This document shows, one piece after another, positions 1 to 13,352 of a stretch of DNA of 64,000 nt. The first letter of the stretch is position 1. Every line of letters begins with the position of its first letter. Source of the stretch: Mytilus trossulus (lineage: Eukaryota); contig NC_086381.1 in NCBI RefSeq assembly GCF_036588685.1, positions 81,034,001 to 81,098,000 of the forward strand, in the 5' to 3' direction. Under the pieces are notes generated by a model. That model ran no database searches and was not told the DNA's origin. It was given only the letters and a program-made list of their open reading frames with translations. A program made the translations under genes and the position numbers.

Positions 1-59
1 AACACTGAAACACAAGAATAAACGTCAATATACAAAGACACTGACTATTTTATAAAATC

Positions 60-149
60 TGCCATATTCCTGACTTGGTAAAGGACATTTCAGCCCAAAC
101 AAAATGGTTGGTAAACCTGGTTTCATGGCTCGCAAAAACTTATATGGCA
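60..149 (-). repeat. Fragment of interspersed repeat family D with a partly deleted twister-like motif
   Basis: Minus strand reads ...CCTTTACCAAGTCAGG..., closed by TGCCATAT/ATATGGCA; similar to 36985-37080. Confidence 0.55.
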
Positions 150-270
150 ATTTTAAGAAATATACCGCAAAAATGAAAACACGTTTAGTATTTTTATCAA
201 ATATCATAAGCAAAACATATAGGTTGCACTTTGTAAAGATAACTATTTCATAAGCCAGGCTGATTGATGG

Positions 271-361
271 ATGACTGGTCGAATTGATGAAAGACGGACG
301 AATCAACGGATGGATGGATGGATTGACGGCTGGACGGACGGTAGACAGACGGAGGAATTGA
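271..361. repeat. Degenerate (GGAY)n tetranucleotide microsatellite next to the gap
   Basis: ggatggatggatggattgacggctggacggacgg. Confidence 0.8.
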
Positions 362-512
362 NNNNNNNNNNNNNNNNNNNNNNNNNNNNNNNNNNNNNNN
401 NNNNNNNNNNNNNNNNNNNNNNNNNNNNNNNNNNNNNNNNNNNNNNNNNNNNNNNNNNNNNNNNNNNNNNNNNNNNNNNNNNNNNNNNNNNNNNNNNNNN
501 NNNNNNNNNNNN
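362..512. other. Assembly gap (151 N)
   Basis: Run of N. Confidence 1.
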
Positions 513-1460
513 AATTTATTAAACAAATTTAAAAAAAAAAGCGTACGTAGAATATACAGAATTAGCTAAACATACTAATGACTGAAGCGTTAAGGTCGGT
601 TTAATTTTCTCTAAAATATTTGATGAACCTTTGAAGTATGTTACTTCAAAAAACCGATATGAATGCCGTTCGTATTGTTTATTTCTGGATATATTTATTA
701 TGTATCGGGCTTATTTTCAAATATTTCTGTGTGGTCAACATGCATCTGCATCATGCTTAACAACAGTAAAAAAATCGGTTATATGGCATATGTAGAAAAT
801 CCAGAATTGATATTTACTCGTATGACGACCATTGTAATTTCAAACTTCTTAACTTTTAAGTGCCGTTTAATTGGATGATGACTTGAAACTGTATTTTATA
901 AGCATTTCCTTTGAGCTCAATTCATGACAATATTTGTTTCATTTAAATGGAGACACACACACAAAATCGTCTGTGTAAAGGCTATGTTTTGAAATAATTT
1001 GATATAATCAAACTATGTTAAAATGTTTTAACAATACCAGTCATTATATTTTCTTTTGAATATATTGCAATATGACTTTGTTTAGTTCGCATTATCTTTT
1101 TGGGTTTAACACAAATAAAAGATTAAAATGAGATATCCTGTGAACTTCATCTTAGCAGGACGATTTTCCTCTCAGTGGTGTACAATATTTGAATACACTG
1201 ACGATCTTTTTCAATACGATATATATTTTTCTTTGTTACAATTTTCTTTAAACACGCACATTTATAAAGTACTATACAAACAAGTAAATACAATCGGATA
1301 ATTTATTGAACAAGATAATAAAAGTGTATACAATTACTTCAGTTTTATCAAAAGAGATATATTTAAAGTCCCTAACAGTTTGAAAAGCATATGGTGAACA
1401 AATTGTCCATAAATAATTCTTTAGAATGACAACAATCACAGTTTCAAACATGTAATTAAA

Positions 1461-1549
1461 ATAGGGTGTAAAAGCGTTGACCGAAGATCATTTTGTATTC
1501 GGCGCTTCATTCTTAAAATGCTCGCACGGTCAACGCTTGTACAACCCTA
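1461..1549. repeat. Inverted repeat/hairpin, probably a transposon subterminal structure
   Basis: tagggtgtaaaagcgttgaccg ... cggtcaacgcttgtacaacccta. Confidence 0.6.
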
Positions 1550-1861
1550 CGACGTTCCAAAAAAGCATTCAATACTAATATTTACATTTTGTTTAGCTTG
1601 GTTCATGAAAACACGATTTTTATCAAATTTTTATATAATTTACTTGTGCACTTAAATGTGGGACCTCGTGTCATCAAGAATGATAAATTATATTGTGTGA
1701 TGACGTAGATTAAGAAATAATGCTATATTGCAGTTAGCCAAACATAATAGCGTATTACAATGAATGACATATCTCATGTAATTATTTGCCAGAAATAAAT
1801 CTTAAAAGTGTATTCATAATATATGTAATCAAAATGTTTGTTGTTGACCAACTTGTATAAT

Positions 1862-2163
1862 TAGTTATCAAAGTTACCAGGATTATAATTTAGTACGCCA
1901 GATAAAATTCAAAGTTTTATAAACAGGAAATTTATAAAAATGACAAAAAAATTGATATTCATGTCAACACCGAAGTGCTAACCACCAGCAGTGGCATCGA
2001 CCCAGTGGTGTAAATAGTCCTCACAGGTACCAGGATTATAATTTAGTACGCCAGACGCGCGTTTCGTCTATATCAGACTCATCAGTGACGCTCATATCAA
2101 AATATTTATAAAGCCAAACAAGAACGAAGTTGAAAAGCATTGAGGATCCAAAACTCCAAAAAG
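1862..2163 (-). mobile_element. Hammerhead-bearing retrozyme/PLE-derived repeat, partial tandem
   Basis: taccaggattataatttagtacgccaga occurs twice (about 1875-1902 and 2028-2055); related copies at 16.7, 37.2, 40.0, 50.5, 57.4 and 63.1 kb. Confidence 0.75.
2048..2091 (-). ncRNA. Minimal type I hammerhead ribozyme, intact core
   Basis: RNA GCGUCA CUGAUGA GUCU-gauau-AGAC GAAA CGCGCG UC^UGGCGU; stem I GCGUCA/UGGCGU; palindromic stem III. Confidence 0.85.
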
Positions 2164-5100
2164 TATAAGTGTCTTGTAAAAAAAACGTAAATTTTGGATA
2201 GTTTGAAACCTTTTGTCTATATATAGGATATATTGTTATTGTTTCATTGATGCGATAAAGACTTACATTGTTCAACACCATTATTGACATGTAGTTTTGT
2301 TGTATAACCTTAAAAAATACACTGCGAACACAACATGACGACTTAACACAGAACTACACGTATGGTGTCTTCGTGTCAAAATATTATTAATTAGTTGCTG
2401 ATAAAGCAGTAGTATTGTGTATATTAACATAAACCAGTAACATACTATATTACAAAATAGAGCAAATGCAACAGGTCAAATTAAAACAAAACTAATAACT
2501 AAAATAGATTTCAATGCAGTTTTAGTCTTTTAGAAACTGCTTTACTGTGTGTGAATTTTAAAAACATAGTTAAATTTATTGTTTAAACTGAAATAACAAT
2601 AATAGTGTTTTTTTCCAACTCCACTACAGATAAATGCTTAGCATTTTTGATTCGATAGGAATAATAACCACGAAATACAGAAGAAAAAACTTCAATCACA
2701 CACAAGATCAGTATGAACATATGTAATTAAAAACACGATCTTTCAATCCATTTAACACATGTGTTTTACTATTTCATTTTGAGTTTTTCAGTCCCTTGCG
2801 GTTAAAGTTTTTCTGAACAGAACTAAATAAATGAATAAATGGCCTATGTACATATCATGAATGATGTTTATATAATCACGTTTTTTTTAAAGACATACTT
2901 TAGAATGCATATTTTCTGTATAAAATTCGACAAATATCTTTAGTTCAGAAATGTGAAGATATTAAACTTCCAAAATGCCTCAGAATATACAATATGAACT
3001 AATTGAATAATACAATAGATTATATAATAATACATACATGATGCAAATGGTACGCAGTGAGGTAATAAACATATGAAAAACAAGATTTTTACTCCCATTT
3101 TTATCATACTAATTCAAATTATAAGACCCAAAAACCTCAATCAACCGGCTTTTATATCATTTAAATAGGGTTTCTAGTAACATGATATCATAATTGATTG
3201 CTATTCAATGTAAGATATCGTACTAAAGAAAATTTTAAAAACCAGTTTTAGGCTTCACAATTGATTATTATCTCATTACTTCTCGTTCAGTCGGAACGCT
3301 ATATCAAATTATATAATTATAGACAGGGAAACTGGTAGTTGAACCCGTTCTGTATTTCAATTTCATTTGTTTTGTTTGTCAATTTCTCTTATCGTGTAAC
3401 TAATCAATGTATTGATTGCCTGTTTTCATTTAATGTAAAAAAGAAACAATATGTCTTCATATATACTAATTTGTCAATAGTTTCGGACATGTCAGAAACA
3501 AACCCACAATATATTGGATAGTTGAATATACTTATAAACTTCACAAAAGTATCATCAGTTCAGTAGTCACAACTACGGTGCTGGCATGATGTATAACAGG
3601 ATTTTTCAAAAATTATTTATTGCATGTTATATTATTAAATTGTAACAGCAAACTATTTTTTAAACTACCGCAAGCAACTTGGTCCTATTTTCATGTCCTT
3701 TTTGGGTCAGATAGTTTTTAAATGATTTTGTGAAAAGACTTCGTTGACTTTCAAACACTTGGCTTTGGGAGATCCTGATTAAGTCAATATAAAGAGGATC
3801 TTCAGTTGCATGTCCTTGGTAATGTATTGGTTTTTTTTGTAGCTGTTTTCGGTCACTGTAATATATTTGGGGTCAGTAATATACATGACACACGAGCCAT
3901 ATAACGCTAGGATATATATAATATGATTTAAAATGTGTAAGCTAGAGTTGACGCCGACTTGACATTTGTTTTTACATCAAAAAGTTTCCAGAGTTTTTAA
4001 AAAGTTTCCTACAGACTTATGTTTAAAGGAGCGCTAGCTACGAGATATATAAAAAAAGAATAAAATATCATGTGTTACGTTCAATCAATTATGAAAGTGA
4101 AATAGTGAAATAATAATTCGCCTTTAGCAGCCATTATGATCGTCCATTTTTTATTGACATAAAAAGATATATGATTCTTTGGCGAAACATATTTGCAAAT
4201 GTGTTAATTTTAACTGATGTTTATTATATAATATTTGTTCTTATGTAGTACTGTTTACCACTGTCCCATAGTAGGGGAGAGTTAACGCCTTCAAATTTGT
4301 CGGTATGTACATATCCTAAGCTAGTACCCTGGAACCATGTGGTAGCCGATTATTGCTGCATATCACATCTGTCATATAGGATCTTTTCTTTATGTATTGT
4401 AACTCTAACTATTGGGTTTATCATTGTTGCAGGCCGTAAATTGACATATAGTTATTAATTGCCTTGTAATATTTCATCAGGTGGAGAGTATTTGTGTTGG
4501 CAATCATTCCACATCTACCTAATTTTATAATACTCGGATTCTTTTACAGGATCTGCTTACCCTTCTGGAGCAACCTAACTTTCTTACCATTACTAAATAT
4601 ATCAAGAACAGTTTTAAACAAAAGATTATCTACATACAGATAGATTTAACTACGAATGATACATAGTCATTAGGTGGGTATTTTTCTTTAGTATTTGAAT
4701 TCAAAAACAGATTAAGACTTGATTTGTTTGTTTTTGATTTTTTTGATTTGTATTATATATTGCACTTCCAACGATATTTATGCAGCGACATCATATATAA
4801 CAATACTACCACTTTTTACCTCACTGATACGGTGATCGTAAAAAGACGGAAATATGTATTATATCAAAATTAAAAACCTTTCTATTTCGACCAACATAAG
4901 TTCATTGTATCTAAGGGGTATTGTCATTATATATTAAGGCTAAAAACTGTATTTGATAATTAATTCTTTAGAAGTCAAGTATTGACGTTTGCAATACTGT
5001 TTTTTTTAATGAAAAAGGACTTAGAAATAAAACAATATTTTGTTCCGTGTCAAGGTTATAACTAGAAATAGTTTTGATAGAAACAAACTTTGTTAACTAT

Positions 5101-5346
5101 GCTTAAACAATATACGTGATTATTTTTTCTTACGAATACACTTCAAAAGGACTATGTTCGGTTTGTGTTATCTTTTTGTTTTATTTTAAATCAGAAGGCT
5201 GAAAAGAGATATCATGTGAAGTTTTTTGTTGATATGAAGTTGGGTTTTTTCTGTAACTATTCTTCAAAAATTTAAAACACTTTTGATACTAATCAGCGTA
5301 TTTTGCAACACGTCATATTTTATTTTTTCACACTGTCGTCGTTTAA

Positions 5347-5738
5347 GGATGTTCGCTACTATGTTTAAAAATAACAAGCTATTTAAAAGACTGTTATAAA
5401 TTCAAAGAATATGAATAAGTAAACTAAAAAAGCAAAAAAAAAATGGAGGGTCCCTGTGCTTGTTTTTCGAGATAAAAGCCGTTGAAAATTTGGCGGGAAA
5501 TAATTCTCTCTAGATTTTTCTTTCACTTAACATTGGCACCTTTTTTGTTTAAAAAACTATGAAAAAATATCAAGGATTTAATAAGATTTTGAACTATGGC
5601 TTTTTAAATAATATGTAATAAAAATATGAAAAGAAAAGTAGGGGTAAGTGGGCAATTTTTTTTAATGTTAATACATTGATAAAATCAGAGGATTCCGAAA
5701 ATCTGGCAACAATTCAAAAAGTAGAGGAGCAAACATCC
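5347..5738. mobile_element. Non-autonomous DNA transposon with TTAA TSD (Kolobok/piggyBac-like MITE)
   Basis: TTAA|GGATGTTCGCT ... AGCAAACATCC|TTAA; the homologous unit near 10815 lacks it. Confidence 0.75.
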
Positions 5739-5942
5739 TTAACAGGGATCTACAGGAGTACTATTTTGACATTATTATAGTAGCACCACATTCCCCATTA
5801 TCTATGCCATCAAAATAAAAAAAAATATACTTGTAGCACGTTGAGTAAAATAGTTATGTACATTCAAAATAAAACTTTTCAAACGTCTTACCTCGCTTGG
5901 ATACTTATGGTAATCACTTGATTGATGTGGCATTATTATAGA

Positions 5943-6080
5943 CTAGAAAATGGAACGAGGTATATGTCAAAAAGACAGCAACCCGAGCAAAGATGAACAG
6001 TCCAAGGTCACCAATATGCCTTCATTTCAGCGAAAAACTACGCCATCAGATGCGGTACTCATCTTGCCCCTAAACAATAA
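5943..6080 (-). mobile_element. Degenerate 3'-end fragment of the Naiad-type element
   Basis: Reverse complement resembles about 36625-36765. Confidence 0.55.
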
Positions 6081-6539
6081 AGTACATCAATTCAGCGATT
6101 CGGGAAACTTAAACACGATACACGTCAATGTCGAATAAACACACATATATTTGAATGCTTCTACAAACGACAGTTTTAAAACATGATATTTTCCATATTT
6201 TGAAAATAAATCCCAAAACGGTCCGGTGTTTAAAGTTTTTTTCATTCAAATGTCTTGTATATAATAGAGCTATCACTAAATGTACTTTCACGTGAATGAT
6301 AACTTGTCACAATTGATTCAGATATTTTCAATACGGTCACATTATAGATATGCAAATAAATGCAAAATTTTAATCTGTTGACAGTCTAATTAAGAAAGCA
6401 TTAATTTAGTATGTGGTTACCAGACATGAATCACATACATCGTCATTTGTGAAGATTTTGTTCAACAGCGACCAACCAACTCTTAGTTTAATGATTTTCT
6501 TGTTAGCAGCAAAGTTTGGCAGCAAATGTCGAATCTGGA

Positions 6540-6700
6540 TTCACAACCGGAAGATATTATTACCTCAATATACAGGCGCTGCTTGAATATAACTACATAG
6601 ACATGGAAAGTTCACATAAGGAAGGAAGACCAAATAATCTGTTTTGTCTTAACGTGCTTTTCTTACCCAACCCTCATGGTCAACTTTTAGTGATAAGTCC
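6540..6700 (-). pseudogene. Relic of Penelope-like RT (thumb region)
   Basis: Minus strand DKTDY..VNFPCLCSYIQAAPVY matches DKRDDFSFPIVNFPFL..NIP..PAY; similar to 8575-8660. Confidence 0.55.
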
Positions 6701-7990
6701 AGATATGAGGAATACCTTAACGGTGCTCAGTGATTTTATTTTTGTTTATAACCTAGATCTGTTGGCAATGCATTATATGTTTCTTATTTACAGTCACAAT
6801 CTGTCTTATTTTGGGTAAACGTTTGGTTTTATTGCTCGGATATTTTATGTGGTGTATATGGAATAAGATTGATACTTAATAAATTACGTATAACAGGATT
6901 TGTCTATTAGTTGGTTTCATATTGGTACGTTGTCATTGGTACGTTATGTGCCAATCTCAGGCTAAGTATTTTTCAAACCTTAGTTTACAGTCTGTGTTGT
7001 TATCATGTGCATGAATATACATCTGTCACGAGATAAAGGGGAGTTGAATCTTACAAACGCCAAGTTCTATAATAGTATAACTGAAATCAGGAGCCTATTC
7101 ATTTTTTCATATTTGATATGTCATTAGTTATTCCGTTCAGGTTTTTCGTGTGTTTTGTCTGCACTAGGTTCGTCCACGCTATTGCTTTTAAAGCTGGAAA
7201 TACGAAATGGTTTTTGCTCCGGATCCTATTTAGGGTTTATCTATTTCAGATCTATACGGTTAGTATTTGTTGATGGAATCCCCATATGTTTGACTCATTT
7301 AGATAGTTGTTTTAATCCGATCATATAATATTACATTGATTAATGTGTCTTGGTATCATTACAAGTCCTCCTGTGGAAAGATACCTTGTAATATATGGCA
7401 TTTACAACATTGCTAAGTGTGTCATCAGGCTTCATAGTCTCATTTCATCAACATGTACTCGTTTTGAATATGCGTTTAATTGCAACTGAACGTTAAAAGC
7501 AAATTTATTCTTCCATTCACCAAAAATAATGGCTTATTTTAAATGAGTTACAGAAAAGAAAAAAAACCACCAACTACATGACAAAGCAACAATTGGAAAA
7601 GTTAACTTGACCCAAGATAGGTTACCACCATTAAACCGAGGATGTGAGCTGAACAGACTTAACTTTGAAACTTTTTCTACTTAAAATAAAAAAAAAACAG
7701 AAAGTATCAGCTATGGTTAAAGGAAATACAAGTGTAAGAGAAACCGATGAAATATTGATATTACTGACCAACACATTCTAAAACATTTACTTGCATGGAT
7801 TTAAACATTTTGTCGAAAATAATAATACAAAAAATCTGATAACGTATTTTTGCTTACAGGTACCTAAGATATAGGACAGTTTCAAAAGAGAAACAAAAGA
7901 TACAAGAATCTCATGTTAAATCATAGATCGAAAATAAACTGACAACACAATCGCTTAAAAGCAAAGACAAATAATAGTACACAACAAAAT

Positions 7991-8215
7991 AAAATCACAA
8001 AAATACTGAACTTAGAGGAAAATCAATTCGGAAAGTCCATAATCACATGGCAAAACCAAATAACAAAACGCAAGACAAGAACTGTCATATTCCTGACTTG
8101 GTACAGGCATTTTCAAATGTAGAAAATGGTGGATTAAACCTGGTTTTTTAGCGCTAACCCTCTCACTTTGATAACAGACTCATCAAATTCCACTATATTT
8201 ACAAGATATAACATA
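7991..8215 (-). repeat. Interspersed repeat family B with twister-like motif (8081-8178)
   Basis: Matches copies at 15.5, 31.4, 39.3 and 63.6 kb; core GCCTGTACCAAGTCAGG. Confidence 0.75.
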
Positions 8216-8224
8216 GAAGGTAAA

Positions 8225-9150
8225 AACAAAAACGAAACAACACGAACCCCACCAATCACTGGGGTGATCTCAGGGGCTCCGGAAGAGTAAGTAGATCCTG
8301 CTCCACATGTTGCAACCGTCTTGTTGATCATGTCATCACAAACCCGGTAAGTAGTCTTTTTTTGGTAGGTCACATTCGTGAAAAGGGAACGGGATTATAG
8401 AAACGACAAATGGAATATATCCGATTTCATCTGTGAAACGGATATTTCATTAAAGAGAGACAAAAAATACCAAAGGGACAGTCAAACTCATAGATCGAAA
8501 CTAAACTGACAACTCCACGGCTAAAACAGGGGGAAAAGACACGGGAATATTGTATCTATTGGGAGATATATACTATGTATGCAGGTGCTGCTGGAATCTT
8601 GCCACATAGAAATGGAAAGTTCATAATGGAAAGCTGAAATCCTCTATTTTGTCTTAAAAAAATATTTTCAATCTTCCCTATAATTGTCAATTTTAAGATG
8701 TAAGTCAAGACTTATAACATACTTTATTGTATCTGTTGTATCCGTTATCTCTAGTTCAATGCGATAGATGTGTTCAACAAAGTCACCAAACTTTGAATTA
8801 TTTAGTGAGAGAACACCATTTCGATAGCGCGAAATAGAGTTTAAGGATATTGCTAACTTCTTTTTTTTCTTCCTTAGAAGTTCCTTTATGACGTCAGCCT
8901 CAAATGAATTAAGGAACAAATTGCCAAAAAGAAGGGCACAATTGATTCCCATGGGAATAACTATAGTTTGTTTAAAACAAGTCCTTCAAACGTTACAAAT
9001 ATGTTACGAAATCAAGGATCTTGATAATGTCTGGTTTAGGGATTGTTTTTGGTTGAATCAGAGTGATTATAAACAAAGTAAGATTAATCGCCCCCGTGGA
9101 CAAGATACTTGTCTCTACGTTGGTCAATATTTTGTATACTATTAAAACAA
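8225..9150 (-). mobile_element. Degenerate Penelope-like (Naiad-type, family 2) RT fragment with 3' UTR
   Basis: IPMGINCALLFGNLFL..SRYRNGVLSLNN..LEITDTTDT..LDLHL correspond to decayed RT motifs GIPMGTNCAP/FRYIDDVL/YLDL. Confidence 0.8.
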
Positions 9151-9427
9151 AGCAGAACCATTTTTTCTTAAGTAAGAGAAAACAAACTAAACCCGAGGAA
9201 ACACGTAAACTATAACAGGAAAACAAAGGAACAACAGGAGCACTAGTCCTGAAGTGCAACAAAAAACTAAGAAAAGTAAATATAAACAGCGTTACTTATT
9301 TAATATTTGATCCTTATTTTCCGGTTTTATCATATAGAAAATTGAATTTAATTGGAAAATATCGAAGAAAGAACAAAACACCTTAATACTATTATTGAAT
9401 ATCATAAGATTAGTATGGCTAATTTAT

Positions 9428-9890
9428 AGAGGGTTACTGCTCACAAGGAAGCTATTAAACCAAGAGTTCCAAATGGTGAAGTTGAAATCATCCCTTCGTA
9501 AATTTTACGGACGCCATCACGAGTTGGTTGACCGTTATGGAATAACCGTTTCACAAATGATATCGGATATGTTCCTAACGTCGTAACTACAATCCTCTTC
9601 CCTTTCATGAATTTGACCTACCGAATTAGACTATTTACCGGATTTGTAATCACATAAGCAACACGACGGGTGCCGCATGTGGAGCAGGATCTGCTTACCA
9701 TTCCGGAGCACCTGAGATCACCCCTAGTTTTTGGTGGGGTTCGTGTTGTTTATTCTTTAGTTTTCTATGTTGTGTCATGTGTACTATTGTTTTTCTGTTT
9801 GTCTTTTTCATTTTTAGCCATGGCGTTGTCAGTTTGTTTTAGATTTACGAGTTTGACTGTCCCTTTGGTGTCTTTCGTCCCTCTTTTATA
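9428..9890 (+). mobile_element. 3' end of family-2 Penelope-like element (RT C-terminus plus 3' UTR)
   Basis: RGLLLTRKLLNQEFQMVKLKSSLRKFYGRHHELVDRY aligns with the C-terminal ORF 35744-36130; UTR is an inverted copy of about 8225-8530. Confidence 0.8.
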
Positions 9891-12800
9891 AACACATCAT
9901 TAACTTCTTCCCAAAGATGTGTTGTTACTTGAATGCTATAATTGCAAGAGAGAAAAATACCACGGACATGTAAATACTTAGCACAAAGTATTTTAAGGAG
10001 CTATATGACCAACAGAGATTTTAACTGAATTGCAGGATCAATTAAAGGTGATATCTACCTGGAGTTCTTAGGGCCTCACTTTCTTAAAATGGCTCAATTC
10101 ATCAAGACAAATCTCCGAAAACGAAATAGGAACATGCTTTTAGAGTTAACGCAGGATATTAGGTTATCTTTGAATGGGTCTTTGTTGTAATGTTGCGGAC
10201 AGCTAGACTTTCTCCGCATATGTTGTAGAACTTATTGTAGTATTTGAATTCAAAATAGATTTAGATGTGGTTTGTATTGAATTTTATGTTTTTCGTAAAC
10301 TATCTTGTATTTTGTACAATTTTGGTTTGGCTATTATGCAATTACATCATTCTTTAAAAAAATGAAAATCCTTTTTTTTAATAAAAAAACTGGATTTTGC
10401 TATGGTATTTTTTGTTAAAGTTCGTTTAAGATATCTATTTAGAATTGAATCTGCATTAAATGATTATGTCAAGGAAGCTCAATTTATGACTGATGAAATA
10501 CTGTTCTCATATAAAACAGACACAGAACAAAGCAATGTTGTTCTGTGTGTCTCAAAATTGTCCTGATACAATCAAACTATGTAAAAAATGTTTTAAAAAC
10601 AATAATGATAATCTTTCATGTTGTATTCATGTCACTTTGCATTATCTATTTGTTTTATTTCAAATTAAAAGCTGAAAAAAGATATCTTGTGACCTTCTTG
10701 TAACAGGAAGTTTTCTTTCTCTCATTGATATAAAATATTTAATTCCACTAACGATACTTATAAACGTATTTTGTAACACGACATATTCTCTGCTTTGTTG
10801 CATTAATTTTGTATTTAAACATAGACTGTAAAGTGTACTGTAGACACTCTGGTATAAAAGGTAATTTAGTGTTTATTTTGGAAGAATTGAAAACGTTTTA
10901 AAATACGTAAGAGAAATACCAAATTTAGATGTATGACATCAATGTGTAATGTGGTATACTACTGTTTGTGTAGTCTGGGATGTATTGTATGTGCAATGCT
11001 TATAAATTCATAGAGTCGTGATAGGGGTATTACAGAGGTTCTTGAAAGGCAGTCATTTCATTTATTATATTAGTGACGTTTTTATCGTAGTTTCTTTTTA
11101 TGTGTTACAAGATTTTTGCAAAAGGTTTTCGAATGTGAAGACATAACATTATGACATTGATTACAGCTAAATGCCTTAATGATTAAAGTAAAAACGACAA
11201 CAATTTTAGTATTACTGATCCATAAACTGGTTAATTCATGACATCAGATTTGGCACAAAAAATGAAATATTGTCAAAAGGTGATCGTTTCCCATTGAAAA
11301 CTAATTTATGAAAGCATATCTAGAGTTCTTGTAAAATACGTAGTCTCAGCTATATTTGATAAAAACATTATTTTTACGTGTGTATGAATTGTGGATATAA
11401 ATAGAAAAAAATATGTATATATCAGACCATGTACCTTCAAAAGGCAATGATTGTTTTGAAACGTATTGACATTGTTAAAAAAAAATGTTATCTCTATAAA
11501 ATGAAGGCGATTTTCAAACCCGAAAATGAACGGACAACGCCATGGCCAAAAAGAGAATAAAACAAACAAACAACTGTTCACAAAACAAATCACAACGTAG
11601 AAAACCAACGACTAAGCAACACGAACATCCTTCACCCTGAAAAATTACGGACGATTTCATTTGCCTCGGAATGGTGAGTAGATCCTGCTTCCCGTCTTAT
11701 GAATATAATAGGATGACAAATTCAAATTTAAATTGATCTGCTTAATCGTTTGAGGAGAATATTGAATAACTAATTGACTTTTTATTTACGAGATCAACAT
11801 TTTATCATGCAAAACTACCTGATAGTTTTTATATACAATATTATTATAATTGGCATGCACTACTTTTCATACCTTATGTCCTAAGGCCATGTGCAGATAA
11901 AAACCTTTATTCTTTTAACTATTGCATGTTCGTTCTCTGTAAACCAGTAAACAGAAAATAACCTTAGGCTAGCTTAAATTTGTCATGAACATTTTCGAAT
12001 GTAGCAACTATTTCAAATGGAAAACTCATCGAATTTGTCCTCATTTGTTTAATTCATGATTGTTTTGAAGATATTCTTATAATCAGAAAACATTTGATTG
12101 TCTAAGTAAGTGCACTACACATTCAACTCAAATATGATCACCATAACACTTTTGAAGCAGTATCATTTTTCATGATATTTCATATTTAACAGAAGGGGAT
12201 GGAGAGTGAGACAGACAATAAGGACCCAACCGAACACTAAACATACTTCATTTATTCTACTTGTGTGTAAGAAATTCAATTTATTAACTTATTAGTTACG
12301 AAATTTCGAAATAATTAACAAATGGAGCCTCCATGTACTTCATGCATTGGTCCCCTTTATTGGATGTTGATGGCTACGACCATTTGAAGAAGGGGTTTGG
12401 TTTATAATTATATCCATTGAATGCTGAGTACATATGGATGTCCTCATTTACAGACAATTGTACCAAAAACAAATACTTGACATGTTTAGAAATAATTTGA
12501 TTGTTAGCCCTTGTGTACCCATAAATAGAAGTTCACAAAGAGAAAAACAAACTTCCTGTTAACAAGATGTTCAAAAGATATCTATCTGTTTTCCATCTTT
12601 TGTTGGAAATAAAGATGACAGGATGAGATTAAAAAAAAACAAAAAAACAAAGGATTGCATGCATTTCACAGTTATCGTTATTATTTTTTTTAGATAAAGA
12701 GGATTGTAATTTCGAAGGAAAATACTGACTGCTTTTCTACGCACGTTGTTTAGAACCTATATGTATCATTTCTAAAGGTGTAGCTACAATGTGACCACAC

Positions 12801-13109
12801 ACACACACACAAAGGAGAATATTATGATGTATGCATACTCAGAAGTTTTTGACCATTAATTGGGAGAGTCAAACTGTCAACAAAGACCCATCTGCACACT
12901 AGCACATATAAGTTATTAATTCTACTTATGTGTGGGATTTATTTATTAATACATTTTGAAATATTTAACAAAGGGAGCTTCCCAGAATCTCATGCATTGT
13001 CCCCTTTCAGTAGATTTCTATGAACTCTACCATTACTGAACATACATTTATTGTCGCATTCCGCATCCGGTGCAGAAACATGGGTACCATTTATTAATTC
13101 ATTTATTTT

Positions 13110-13352
13110 TTTGTGTTTTAACGCCACTCTTAAACACCGCATTTAGGCTATTTCGTGGCGGTCAGTTTTTAAAAGTTGAGGAACCCGGAGTGCCCGGAGA
13201 AAACCACCGTCCTTCGATAGCAAATTTAAAACTGACAATTCAGGTTAATTAAGATTGGAGTCCAGTGCTCCCGCACGAGCGGGTATCTAACTAACAACCT
13301 CAGTGTTGACTGGTTAGTGATTATAGTAGTAACTACTTAGACCACTCGGTCC
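13110..13352 (-). mobile_element. tRNA-derived SINE with V domain (BivaV-like)
   Basis: Minus strand starts GACCGAGTGGTCTAAG (A-box-like), then a degenerate B box and the V-domain-like GGTTTTCTCCGGGCACTCCGGGTTCCTC. Confidence 0.7.

Noticed and set aside
248-526. ORFs spanning the N run
   Set aside because: Caused by the assembly gap and the microsatellite
6516-6818. 100-aa plus-strand ORF
   Set aside because: Antisense to a decayed PLE RT relic
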